Shown: positions 53,040 through 61,325 of the stretch, one piece after another
How positions within the stretch are numbered: the stretch's first letter is position 1
How the letters are laid out: each line of letters begins with the position of its first letter
Assembly (NCBI GenBank): GCA_964597925.1
Contig: CAZQZT010000002.1
Span: forward strand, 103,038 to 167,037
Direction of reading: 5' to 3'
DNA from: an uncultured Candidatus Saccharibacteria bacterium
GTDB taxonomy: Bacteria > Patescibacteriota > Saccharimonadia > Saccharimonadales > JBBQAJ01
Length of the DNA: 64,000 bases
Made by a program: the position numbers and the translations under genes
The notes under the pieces: generated by a model
What the model was told of the DNA's origin: nothing
What the model saw: the letters and a program-made list of their open reading frames with translations, nothing else
Databases searched by the model: none

Positions 53040-54635
53040 ATGTTCAAAAAACTTCTCAGCAACCTCCCCTTCAACCCCAGTCTTATGGGACAGGTTTCTT
53101 TCTATGCCCAGCGCATGAAAAAGGAATCAGCCATCAGGCGCATGGGACTGTTTTTTATCGTCCTAGCTATGGGCGTACAGTTAATGGCTACTATCTCACC
53201 TGCCCAGGCATCACTCGAAGGCTCAACAAATGACATAGTATATGCCGGTTTCAATTCTGCTGCTGACGCTGCTGCAAAATGCAACAACAACGTCCAAAAC
53301 TTCCGAACCATCCTAGAGTATTATGGTCTGGACTGTACGCTTGTGGGCAGTGGAGTAACAACAACAATATCATCATCGGATACAAACCTAGACTCGCTCG
53401 GTCGCAATCAGCCATCAGCAGTCAGCCCAAGAAATGGCAATCCATCTGGCCTTTACAACGTAGACATACCAGGAGCGGGCCGTCTTTATATGAAAAACCT
53501 TTCATATTGGGATAGTTATGGACCTTCCACCTATCAAGTACTTAGAGTAACCAATAAAATCGATGGCCGCACATTGTGGATTATGTATAGCTGCGGCAAC
53601 ATCGTAACTGCTTCACCATTCCTGCCACCACCGCCACCACCGCCACCGCCACCACCGCCACCACCAGTGCTACCCAAGGTAATTAGTTGCTCAAATCTAG
53701 TGATGAACGTTGCCAACAAATCTAGAATAAAACTTGGCAGCAAAGTAACCGTACGCGGGCAAGCAGCCGGCAAAAACTTTGCAACATCTTCTCCGTACGT
53801 AAGCATGCAGTATGACCTTGTAAACGCAACAACCAACAAAGTAATATCTACCAAGAAAACAGACAGAGTGCCGTTCAATGGCAGTATTGCTAATGATCCA
53901 AATACCTACGACTTCTCTAGCGATACAGCCGGTCCTTATTTCATACGGCTAATCGTAAAATATGATTCTACGAAAACGGCGTCTGGTAGCGCCGATGGGG
54001 ACTGTCTCAAAAACATCACTGTTGATAAACCCTGCCAAGATGTAAAAACTACTGAAGATCTAGAACTATGCTTACTGCTACATAAGAAAGCCAAAAACGT
54101 AACTCAAAACATAGTTGATGCCAACGGCACTACTGCTCAGGCTGGTGACGTTATCGAATACACACTATCGGTTACTAACGAAGGTCAGGTTACGGTACCT
54201 GATTTCATAATAAAAGAAAACATGAATGATGTATTAGAATACGCCAATATAACAGACCTGCATGGTGGACAGCTAGACAAAGACGGCTACATATTTTGGC
54301 CAACGGTAGATGTACAACCAAAACAGACCATCCAAAAACTTATCACTGTAAAAGTGAAAAACCCCATACCAGCCACGCCAATTTCTGCATCAGACCCCGG
54401 CTCTTTCAACCTCATGATGACTAACGTCTACGGTGACAGCATAGACATTAAACTGCCTGGCAATATCGTAAAACAAGTAGAAACAGTGACCACTCTGCCC
54501 AACACCGGCCCCGGCGAAAGCCTAGCTGCTGGCTTTACTATAACCGTGATCGCCGGTTACTTCTTTGCCAGGAGCAAACTATTTGCCACTGAACTAGATA
54601 TAGTGCGTCGAGATTTTAGCCATGGAGGTAGCTAG
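53040..54635 (+). CDS. cell-surface protein with poly-proline spacer, DUF11-like repeat domain and LPXTG-type sortase signal
   Basis: N-terminal anchor/signal (RRMGLFFIVLAMGVQLMATISPAQA); 14 consecutive Pro codons (53625-53666); AQAGDVIEYTLSVTNEGQVTV (DUF11-like); C-terminal LPNTGPGES plus a TM and a basic tail. Confidence 0.75.
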   Translation: MFKKLLSNLPFNPSLMGQVSFYAQRMKKESAIRRMGLFFIVLAMGVQLMATISPAQASLEGSTNDIVYAGFNSAADAAAKCNNNVQNFRTILEYYGLDCTLVGSGVTTTISSSDTNLDSLGRNQPSAVSPRNGNPSGLYNVDIPGAGRLYMKNLSYWDSYGPSTYQVLRVTNKIDGRTLWIMYSCGNIVTASPFLPPPPPPPPPPPPPPVLPKVISCSNLVMNVANKSRIKLGSKVTVRGQAAGKNFATSSPYVSMQYDLVNATTNKVISTKKTDRVPFNGSIANDPNTYDFSSDTAGPYFIRLIVKYDSTKTASGSADGDCLKNITVDKPCQDVKTTEDLELCLLLHKKAKNVTQNIVDANGTTAQAGDVIEYTLSVTNEGQVTVPDFIIKENMNDVLEYANITDLHGGQLDKDGYIFWPTVDVQPKQTIQKLITVKVKNPIPATPISASDPGSFNLMMTNVYGDSIDIKLPGNIVKQVETVTTLPNTGPGESLAAGFTITVIAGYFFARSKLFATELDIVRRDFSHGGS

Positions 54636-54637
54636 TT

Positions 54638-55210
54638 ATGTCAGAAAAAAACATTCCACGTTTAGAGCATGCTAAATCCCACGAATCACCCGTAGGGCAT
54701 GAACATCACGAACGCGCTCAAAAACACCTCCATGAACAAGCAGAAAAAGCCAGACATGAAAAATCAGCAGAAAACCTAGCTAAAATACATGAGCTAGCCA
54801 AGGCCGAAGCTGAACTAACTAAAAAAGTAGTAGCAGAAAGTGTGCAAAACGAATCTAATAATACGGCTGACATGCAGCATTCACTAAAGGCCAGTGCCTA
54901 TGAGCGAATACTTACCAAAACTCAGCAAAAACTACCCAAAACTGCTCAAACATTTAGCAAAGTAGTACACAACCCTACTGTGGATAAAATCAGCGAAATA
55001 AGTGCCAAAACCGTAGCTCGCCCATCAGGATTTCTAGGAGGTAGCATATGTGCATTCTTGGGTAGTTTAATCGTGTACTACTCCGCTAGCCGCAGTGGTT
55101 TTAAGTATAACTATTTGCTACTTTTTTTGCTGTTTATAGCTGGCTACATCATTGGGTCCATACTAGAACTAATCGTGTGGTTTTTCTATTCGCGCAAACA
55201 ACGATATTAA
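54638..55210 (+). CDS. His-rich coiled N-terminal / two-TM C-terminal membrane protein
   Basis: Starts 2 nt after the upstream stop. N-terminus HAKSHESPVGHEHHERAQKHLHEQAEKARHEK. C-terminal TMs (FLGGSICAFLGSLIVYY, LLLFLLFIAGYIIGSILELIVWFF). Confidence 0.6.
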   Translation: MSEKNIPRLEHAKSHESPVGHEHHERAQKHLHEQAEKARHEKSAENLAKIHELAKAEAELTKKVVAESVQNESNNTADMQHSLKASAYERILTKTQQKLPKTAQTFSKVVHNPTVDKISEISAKTVARPSGFLGGSICAFLGSLIVYYSASRSGFKYNYLLLFLLFIAGYIIGSILELIVWFFYSRKQRY

Positions 55211-55233
55211 ATAGCAGGCTATTGTTACTCGTT

Positions 55234-58047
55234 TTACTTTGGCTGTAAATTGCCGTCACGATCTATTACTATTGTATCTGCTTCGGAGTTTTCGCTAGAA
55301 TCTGCTGTGCGGAGCTTTAGTTCACCTTCAATATTTGCATCTGTTTTGGTTGAGTTATTAATAATGTTTTGCTGAGTTTTAAGGTTCTGTGTAGGTGCAT
55401 ATGTAGGAGCGGGATTCTTGGGTGAACCCATGTCATTGGTTGCTGAAGTAGGGCTGGCAGTTTTTCGTTTGGCTAGCCATTCGTCAAGAAAAGAAGAGCC
55501 GCTACTAGCTGGTTTTGGCGCCGAACCAAGCGCTCCAGCGCCAGTGGGACTGGCTCCAAACGCACCAGGAGCGGGTTTTCCAAAAGCTGGTTTTGGTACT
55601 TCTATGGTTTTCATTCGCTTAGTGATCTCTTCGTCCACGATCGCCCGCGGTCTGCCAAATTTTGCTGCCGAAAGTTGCCTAAGCGCTTGTTCAAGCCTTG
55701 GATTCGGCGTACCAAGAGCCGGCAAAGCCGCCATACTAAAAGGCTGCGTCGGCACACCGTTTATGAGCGTACGTACAACTGCGTTAAAGTTTGGGACACG
55801 GAGAATGTCATCTGCCTCAAAAATAGGCTTGAAATAGCGCGACAATGCCTCCACGTCGTTTTGTCCCACGCGGAACGATACTATAGTACCCATGTTCCCA
55901 AATACTGCATCACGAATCTCTTCGGATAGCTGCGTCGTAAACTGGTTGGCCACTATCAAGTTCAGGTGATATTTACGAGCTTCAGACATAATTGTCGCAA
56001 ACGAATCAGTAGAAAAGTTTTGGAATTCATCCACATACAGACAAAAATCAGGCCGTTCAGACTCTTCCACGTTCGCCCTACTCATAGCCGCAGCCTGAAA
56101 TTTCATCACAAAAATCATACCCAACAGTTTGGCATTTAACTCGCCTGTACGGCCTTTGCTCAGGTTTACTAGCAAGATTTTTTTGTTATCCATGATGTCG
56201 CGTAGGTCAAATGCACTCTTGGTCTGGCCAATTATGTTTCGCATCATGCTGTTCGACAAAAACGCGCCAAACTTACTAACAAACCAGCTCACCACCTCAC
56301 CGAATTCATTAGAACGTTGCGACTGAGGCATTTCTTTTTGCCAAAATTCCAACACTGTTGGATCAGTAACATATTTGAGTTTTTGCTTTACAAATTCTGG
56401 ATCCCTAAACAATTTGGGAATATCGATAAAACTACCACCCTGCGGGTCGGCCATAACCGTCAATGCGGCATTGCGAAAAAGGTGTTCGTAGCGCGGACCA
56501 ATAATTCCCTGGTGTTGCGGATCATAAAGTTTATAAAGCATATTTATAGCCTCTTGGATCAAAAAGTCTTTCTGATCGGCAGTATCAGCTTCGAAAAGGT
56601 TCAAACCGAGTGGGTAGTCGGTTTCTGCTGGACAGAAGTATATAACGTCTTCTGTGCGCTCTCTAGGCACCATCCCAAGTAGTCGCTCTGCAGTGTCGCC
56701 GTGTGGATCTATAAATGCGAAGCCATTGCCATTCAGCATGTCCTGCAAAGCCATATTTTCCAAAAACCACGATTTACCCACACCAGTCTGGCCCACAACA
56801 TACATATGCCTGCGCCGATCTTCATCTGCCAGTCGCACGGCTTTTTTGGCACCCCTAAAGATGTTATAGCCCATTAGCAAGCCTTCATCCGGCATATTCC
56901 GCGGACCATCAACCTGCTTACTAGCCTGACGTTCCAACTGACTTGTCGGTATGTTTTTCTGATCTGGAAAGTGAAACAGCGTAGACAGTTCTACAGTATT
57001 TAATACATTTTGGTTATTTTCCTGGGGGAAAAACCGGAGTATATACGCCGTTACAAACCGCTCTATGTCCTTTGCGGAAGTGTACTGAAAACCATTCCTG
57101 CCAGGTGCATCAAACAACGCAAAAGTAGCTACTACATTATTCAAAATAGCTTGTGCCCTATGCGATATGTTAGAAGATGCCACCACTCGAATCAGCACTT
57201 CGTAGCCAGCATGGCGAGTTTTATCATCTATAGCATCCAGTGTTGTCTGGTCTAGGGAGGATAAATCATGCTTGCCACCACCATTACTGCTTTTATCTTC
57301 TGGTGGTTTCACTGCCGCGCTAAACAACTGCTTCAGCCACCAAAAAGCTAAATCACCACCCTTTTTACTCTGATGGCCTTTACGTTTTTTATTGGCTATT
57401 GCCTGTGCATGCTTGCGCCATCCGCTCGCTGCCGGCCGCAACATTATCTGCACGCCCGCCCCATCGTCTTTCTCTAGTGTTGAGAGTGCATTTAAAAGAG
57501 ACTGTATGGCGTCACGCTTTAGGTCTTGAAATGTAGCAATCGGGTAAGCAAAGGGTTCCTTAAGTGTCAATTCGCCTCCCATAGTACCGCTTATTTTGCC
57601 CACGGGACTAAATATATTGTGTTCCGCTACTTCCTCTAAACGTGCAGTTGGATAAGCGCTAACTATGGCTTGGCGTACTACATCAACTAATGCCACCGGC
57701 ACAGCCGCATAAAAGCTCACAAAACCCCTAGAGCCAACTATCTCAAATGCAATGTGCCGCTGACCATAAAAACGACTCTTGAAGCCCTTTTGCATCGTAC
57801 TGGCAATAATGTCGTACATGATTTGGGCTTTAGATATGTTTTCTTCGTTTACATCTCTTTCATCTCTATTACTACCCTCTACATCCTCGCTAAGTGGTGG
57901 CAAATGTATGAGTAATGGAACCATTTTGAGCCCACGTTCAAAATTTTTCTGTTCTCTGAATATCTTGCGTACCTGAAAAAACACAATTGGCCCAACTATC
58001 AGCAACAGTACCAGGATGAAACCAAGTGCGGTCAGTAAAATACTCAT
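55234..58047 (-). CDS. membrane-anchored P-loop ATPase of the TraD/VirD4 coupling-protein / HerA-FtsK superfamily
   Basis: N-terminal TM (ILLTALGFILVLLLIVGPIVFF). Walker A HMYVVGQTGVGKSWF followed by FAFIDPHGD. Walker B CLYVDEFQNF, then ARKYHLNLIVANQFTTQL. About 130 aa of A/G/P/S-rich low-complexity C-terminus. Confidence 0.7.
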   Translation of the reverse strand: MSILLTALGFILVLLLIVGPIVFFQVRKIFREQKNFERGLKMVPLLIHLPPLSEDVEGSNRDERDVNEENISKAQIMYDIIASTMQKGFKSRFYGQRHIAFEIVGSRGFVSFYAAVPVALVDVVRQAIVSAYPTARLEEVAEHNIFSPVGKISGTMGGELTLKEPFAYPIATFQDLKRDAIQSLLNALSTLEKDDGAGVQIMLRPAASGWRKHAQAIANKKRKGHQSKKGGDLAFWWLKQLFSAAVKPPEDKSSNGGGKHDLSSLDQTTLDAIDDKTRHAGYEVLIRVVASSNISHRAQAILNNVVATFALFDAPGRNGFQYTSAKDIERFVTAYILRFFPQENNQNVLNTVELSTLFHFPDQKNIPTSQLERQASKQVDGPRNMPDEGLLMGYNIFRGAKKAVRLADEDRRRHMYVVGQTGVGKSWFLENMALQDMLNGNGFAFIDPHGDTAERLLGMVPRERTEDVIYFCPAETDYPLGLNLFEADTADQKDFLIQEAINMLYKLYDPQHQGIIGPRYEHLFRNAALTVMADPQGGSFIDIPKLFRDPEFVKQKLKYVTDPTVLEFWQKEMPQSQRSNEFGEVVSWFVSKFGAFLSNSMMRNIIGQTKSAFDLRDIMDNKKILLVNLSKGRTGELNAKLLGMIFVMKFQAAAMSRANVEESERPDFCLYVDEFQNFSTDSFATIMSEARKYHLNLIVANQFTTQLSEEIRDAVFGNMGTIVSFRVGQNDVEALSRYFKPIFEADDILRVPNFNAVVRTLINGVPTQPFSMAALPALGTPNPRLEQALRQLSAAKFGRPRAIVDEEITKRMKTIEVPKPAFGKPAPGAFGASPTGAGALGSAPKPASSGSSFLDEWLAKRKTASPTSATNDMGSPKNPAPTYAPTQNLKTQQNIINNSTKTDANIEGELKLRTADSSENSEADTIVIDRDGNLQPK

Positions 58048-58063
58048 ATGCGTCCCAAGCCTA

Positions 58064-58474
58064 CTAGCCTTCGATTACTTTCAGGTCTTTGTTGTAGCGT
58101 TTTTTCAGATAATCGGCTTTTACTTTGTTCATTTCACGGTTTTGGGTATGCGGATCGTCTTTTGTCTGCAGCACGATACCTTTGGCCCGTATCACCCACT
58201 CTTTCTCTATCAAATCAGCGTCGTCAGCAATCATCCCTGTAGTTTGACCGCCGGCCGGCATAGCACTTTGCCCAAAACTAGGTTGCGCTATAGACGCAGG
58301 GTCGAGTGAAGTGGCACGATCTGGTGCCTGAACTGGGGTCGACGCAGCCGGCATTTGATTACCGATTATTTCGGGGTGAGCCGCTAAACCCTGTTCGGGC
58401 ACTGCTCGTATACCTACTTCTGGCTGAGGCAACTCCGAAGGTGGCCCAAAATTATTCGCTTCATGCTGTTCCAT
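58064..58474 (-). CDS. hypothetical protein: disordered P/A/Q-rich N-half, conserved-looking basic C-half
   Basis: 136 aa. C-terminus DADLIEKEWVIRAKGIVLQTKDDPHTQNREMNKVKADYLKKRYNKDLKV. 16 nt upstream of the ATPase gene. Confidence 0.5.
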   Translation of the reverse strand: MEQHEANNFGPPSELPQPEVGIRAVPEQGLAAHPEIIGNQMPAASTPVQAPDRATSLDPASIAQPSFGQSAMPAGGQTTGMIADDADLIEKEWVIRAKGIVLQTKDDPHTQNREMNKVKADYLKKRYNKDLKVIEG

Positions 58475-58534
58475 TGGTGCTTATTATAGCATCCCCTGTT
58501 TTTACAGGTTTCATCTTAGCCAAGCGTAGTGTAT

Positions 58535-58900
58535 TTATTTAGAAGAGCGTAAAAAGTCGGCTCTCCATATATACAACCAGAATAATCCCGCAAAAAGTAC
58601 TGCTAAAAGCCCGTCTCTCCATGTCAGCTGATTAAGAGATTGTAGAAGTAGTAGCCCGATCCCGAGAGTAGCCAGACTAAGAGCAATTATTTTTCCCAGA
58701 TAGCTGCTCTTCTGTCTGCGTGCCAGTAATGAAACTAATAATAATGTTTGATAAAAAATAACTCCGAGTAATGCAAACGGCACCATTAGTAGTGGTAAAG
58801 CGACTTTATTAGGGTCAGTAAGCAGCAGAAACCCCACAAAACACCCTGCTAAGAACAGTATAATTAAAAGTTTATTCAAAATTGTTTTTCTAAAATTCAT
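58535..58900 (-). CDS. small four-TM membrane protein
   Basis: 121 aa with four hydrophobic helices. First gene of the three-gene minus-strand string. Confidence 0.55.
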   Translation of the reverse strand: MNFRKTILNKLLIILFLAGCFVGFLLLTDPNKVALPLLMVPFALLGVIFYQTLLLVSLLARRQKSSYLGKIIALSLATLGIGLLLLQSLNQLTWRDGLLAVLFAGLFWLYIWRADFLRSSK

Positions 58901-59060
58901 AACATTATAAAAACTGCACTACTTCTATATTGTAGTGCAACTCTTACTATTTTTGGAGCCTGGACGGTAAATGCGCTCTTGTTAGTAAACTATATAGCGC
59001 TTACCGTCCTTGGCTGTGACTGACCGCTCTCGTGCTACCGGTAAGGTAGTGAGAGCGTTA
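58901..59060 (-). promoter_or_regulatory. structured 5' leader (three hairpins, the last terminator-like) upstream of the 121-aa gene
   Basis: Hairpin A 59025-59057 (CGCUCUC...GAGAGCG with an inner CUACC/GGUAG). Hairpin B 58962-59009 (14 bp with a 2-nt bulge). Hairpin C 58915-58939 (8 bp), followed on the minus strand by GUUUUUA just before the ATG. Confidence 0.35.
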
Positions 59061-59954
59061 TCGGCTATAAACCGTAGTTTGGTAGTTTTTGTTTTATCAT
59101 ACCGTGTTTCATACTACTACTTAATTACATATTAGTCAACTCTTACTTGTAGTTATATAAACTACATTACTTCTTTAGTATTGAAGTCTATTAGAAATTT
59201 ATTTGAAATGTATTGGTTGCTATAATTACAACTAATACATTTAACTTTTGCTTATGGTTTTAAACTATTCTTTCTGCTGAGCAGCCTTTGTCAGGGGTCA
59301 TATTTGGTTCCAAAAATTACTTTAATTTAGTGGTACAATTGAACACTTTTAAGTATACGATTGGCCTCAAATTACAGAATCTAACGGCCCTTTACTGTTT
59401 TTCGTTTTACTAATTTTTACTCATTTCAGTCATAATTTTGAACAAATTGTTTGGTTTTGATCACCTAGCATTTACTAATCCGATACAATTAAGTTACGCC
59501 TATTACATAAGACTTCTGTTTTATTTATATAGTAAAATCTGTATGAACATAAGCATGAGCATAACTAGCCGTATAGTACTAGATACATCTTATACTTCTA
59601 CAAATACCGCTAACTCTCTTAATAAACTCACTGCATCTCATAGAAAAAGGCAGCCCTGATAGCTAATACTAGCTCAATTCTGGTTAGTTACTGCCTGTTG
59701 TTATTTGTTTTAGCCAGATTAATCTATTTTTTTGAATCCAAACTCTGTATGCAGGCATAAAACTCATCCCTACGTTGGCTACCCAGATGAATTTAGTTCA
59801 TACATTGGACTACCCGCTAAGCTAGGTACATAGCCCATAAAATCACATCAAATATTCATCATTTGTTGGTCTGATGTAGCGTTATATCGACACATAAATA
59901 CGTCAATAACGGGACATAGTTATGCACAGCTATAAAAATGTAAACACAAACGTG

Positions 59955-60157
59955 TTGACATAGTAAAACAGAGTCGTTACTATTAGCTCAGCACTTGAAT
60001 AAAAAAAGTGCTCAAAAATAAAAACGTATCTGTAACAACGGCTTCTCGCAAGCCGTTGTTCCATGAAACAATCATGGAGCAACAGAACATTTGATCGATA
60101 CAAAAAGTCAAACCAATACAACTGAAACGATCCGCCCAAGCGGATCGTTTTATATTT
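59955..60157 (+). ncRNA. candidate small transcription unit (sRNA or micro-ORF mRNA): promoter, about 160 nt, intrinsic terminator
   Basis: TTGACA (59955-59960), 17 nt, TACTAT (59978-59983). Internal hairpins at 60034-60061 (11 bp) and 60062-60078. Terminator AAACGAUCCGC-CCAA-GCGGAUCGUUU plus UAUAUUU (60125-60157). Contains a 20-codon ORF, MKQSWSNRTFDRYKKSNQYN, ending at the terminator. Confidence 0.3.
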
Positions 60158-60492
60158 CACGGCATTGAAGATCTGATATTTAGCTTACAGTATGTGCAAG
60201 TATGGGAAACGTTCGAAGCATTGCAGAGTCCGGTTGATAGCTCTTCGAGCTATTCCATGGTCTTCCCCAGCCTCTGGAAGCTCCTGAGACATGTAATGTC
60301 AAAGCCGCCTTTAGAGTGAGTTGAAACTACTGATCATGGGGAGATTTTTGACGAGTATGGTCATTTTGACTGTGGAGTTCTTCGAGAACTGGAGGTGGCT
60401 GTCGCTCTTTTTGCATACTTTTTCTTCGACAAGAAAAGTACGGCGGGAAGCCAGACGTAGGCGAGCGCCGAACTGTTTTATGAAAATAAAGT

Positions 60493-60521
60493 TTGACCTC
60501 TGTTGTAACTTCTGTTAAACT
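60493..60521 (+). promoter_or_regulatory. candidate promoter of the infC-rpmI-rplT operon
   Basis: TTGACC (60493-60498), 17 nt, TAAACT (60516-60521). Confidence 0.5.
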
Positions 60522-60557
60522 GCATGCAATCAGCTAACGTTCTTAAGGAGCAGATAA

Positions 60558-61118
60558 ATCAGCAATTCAGTTCGTCTGAATCATCAGATTCGGGCACCTC
60601 AGTTACGCGTCATTGACGAAGACGGTACCCAAATGGGCGTCCTCTCAAAACAAGAAGCTCTGGAACATGCAGCAATGCGCGAACTTGATTTGGTTGAAAT
60701 CTCTCCAAACGCTGATCCACCCGTTGCCAAGATAGTTGACTGGGGTAAATACAATTACCAAAAAACCAAGCAACTTCAAAAGCAAAAGCGCGGGGCCAAA
60801 AATCCTGAGATGAAACAAATGCGTTTTGGTCTCAAGATTGGTGATCACGACCTAGACGTCAAGCTGAAAAAAGTTACCGGTTTCTTAGAGGCCGGACACA
60901 AAGTCAAAATCACTATCTTCTACCGAGGACGCGAAAACGCCCACAAAGACATGGGTTTCCAGCTAGCAGATAGAGTTATACAGTTGCTCGGCGAGTCAAT
61001 TGCAGTTGATCAGCAGCCACAATTAGCCGGAAAACAACTCAGTTTCACCATTCGTGGTACTGGAAAACCAATTTCAAGCAACGAACCAGAAGAAGAACCA
61101 GCAATTAAAGTAAACTAG
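60558..61118 (+). CDS. infC: translation initiation factor IF-3 (non-canonical ATC start)
   Basis: The frame is open from ATC at 60558 (just after an in-frame TAA), with SD AAGGAG 7 nt upstream. The extension ISNSVRLNHQIRAPQLRVIDEDGTQMGV is the conserved IF-3 N-terminus, so the ATG at 60633 in the track is internal. Confidence 0.85.
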   Translation: MSNSVRLNHQIRAPQLRVIDEDGTQMGVLSKQEALEHAAMRELDLVEISPNADPPVAKIVDWGKYNYQKTKQLQKQKRGAKNPEMKQMRFGLKIGDHDLDVKLKKVTGFLEAGHKVKITIFYRGRENAHKDMGFQLADRVIQLLGESIAVDQQPQLAGKQLSFTIRGTGKPISSNEPEEEPAIKVN

Positions 61119-61127
61119 GGAGTCTAC

Positions 61128-61325
61128 ATGCCAAAACTGAAGACGCATAGCGGAACCAAAGACCGCATCAAAATCACCAAAACCGGCAAAGTTATGCGCC
61201 GTCGTGCTGGCCGTAGTCACATGATGGAGCACAAAAGTGCTGCCCGCAAACGTACCCAAGCTGGCAAAGAAGTAATTACCGGCAAATCTGCCAAAAGTAT
61301 CAAACTGAATCTAGGAGTCAAATAA
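61128..61325 (+). CDS. rpmI: 50S ribosomal protein L35
   Basis: MPKLKTHSGTKDRIKITKTGKVMRRRAGRSH. Confidence 0.93.
   Translation: MPKLKTHSGTKDRIKITKTGKVMRRRAGRSHMMEHKSAARKRTQAGKEVITGKSAKSIKLNLGVK

Noticed and set aside
53534-53878. Minus-strand ORF with a poly-Gly run
   Set aside because: It is the antisense mirror of the poly-Pro tract within a well-supported plus-strand gene.
58950-59075. Structured GC-rich islet as SRP RNA, tmRNA or 6S RNA
   Set aside because: There is a partial resemblance to the SRP helix-8 3' strand (CAGCCAAGGAC versus CAGCCAAGGCAG). However, there is no GGAA/GNRA tetraloop and no symmetric-loop AGCA/GGAAG context. There is no tRNA-like acceptor/T-arm or tag ORF for tmRNA, and no long closing stem with a central bubble for 6S.
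59438-60518. Track ORFs 59438-59659 (+), 59930-60160 (-) and 60321-60518 (+) in the AT-rich island
   Set aside because: They have low-complexity or Cys/Phe/Trp/Arg-rich compositions typical of random AT-rich sequence, with no SD and no motifs. 59930-60160 is antisense to a better-supported promoter-terminator unit.
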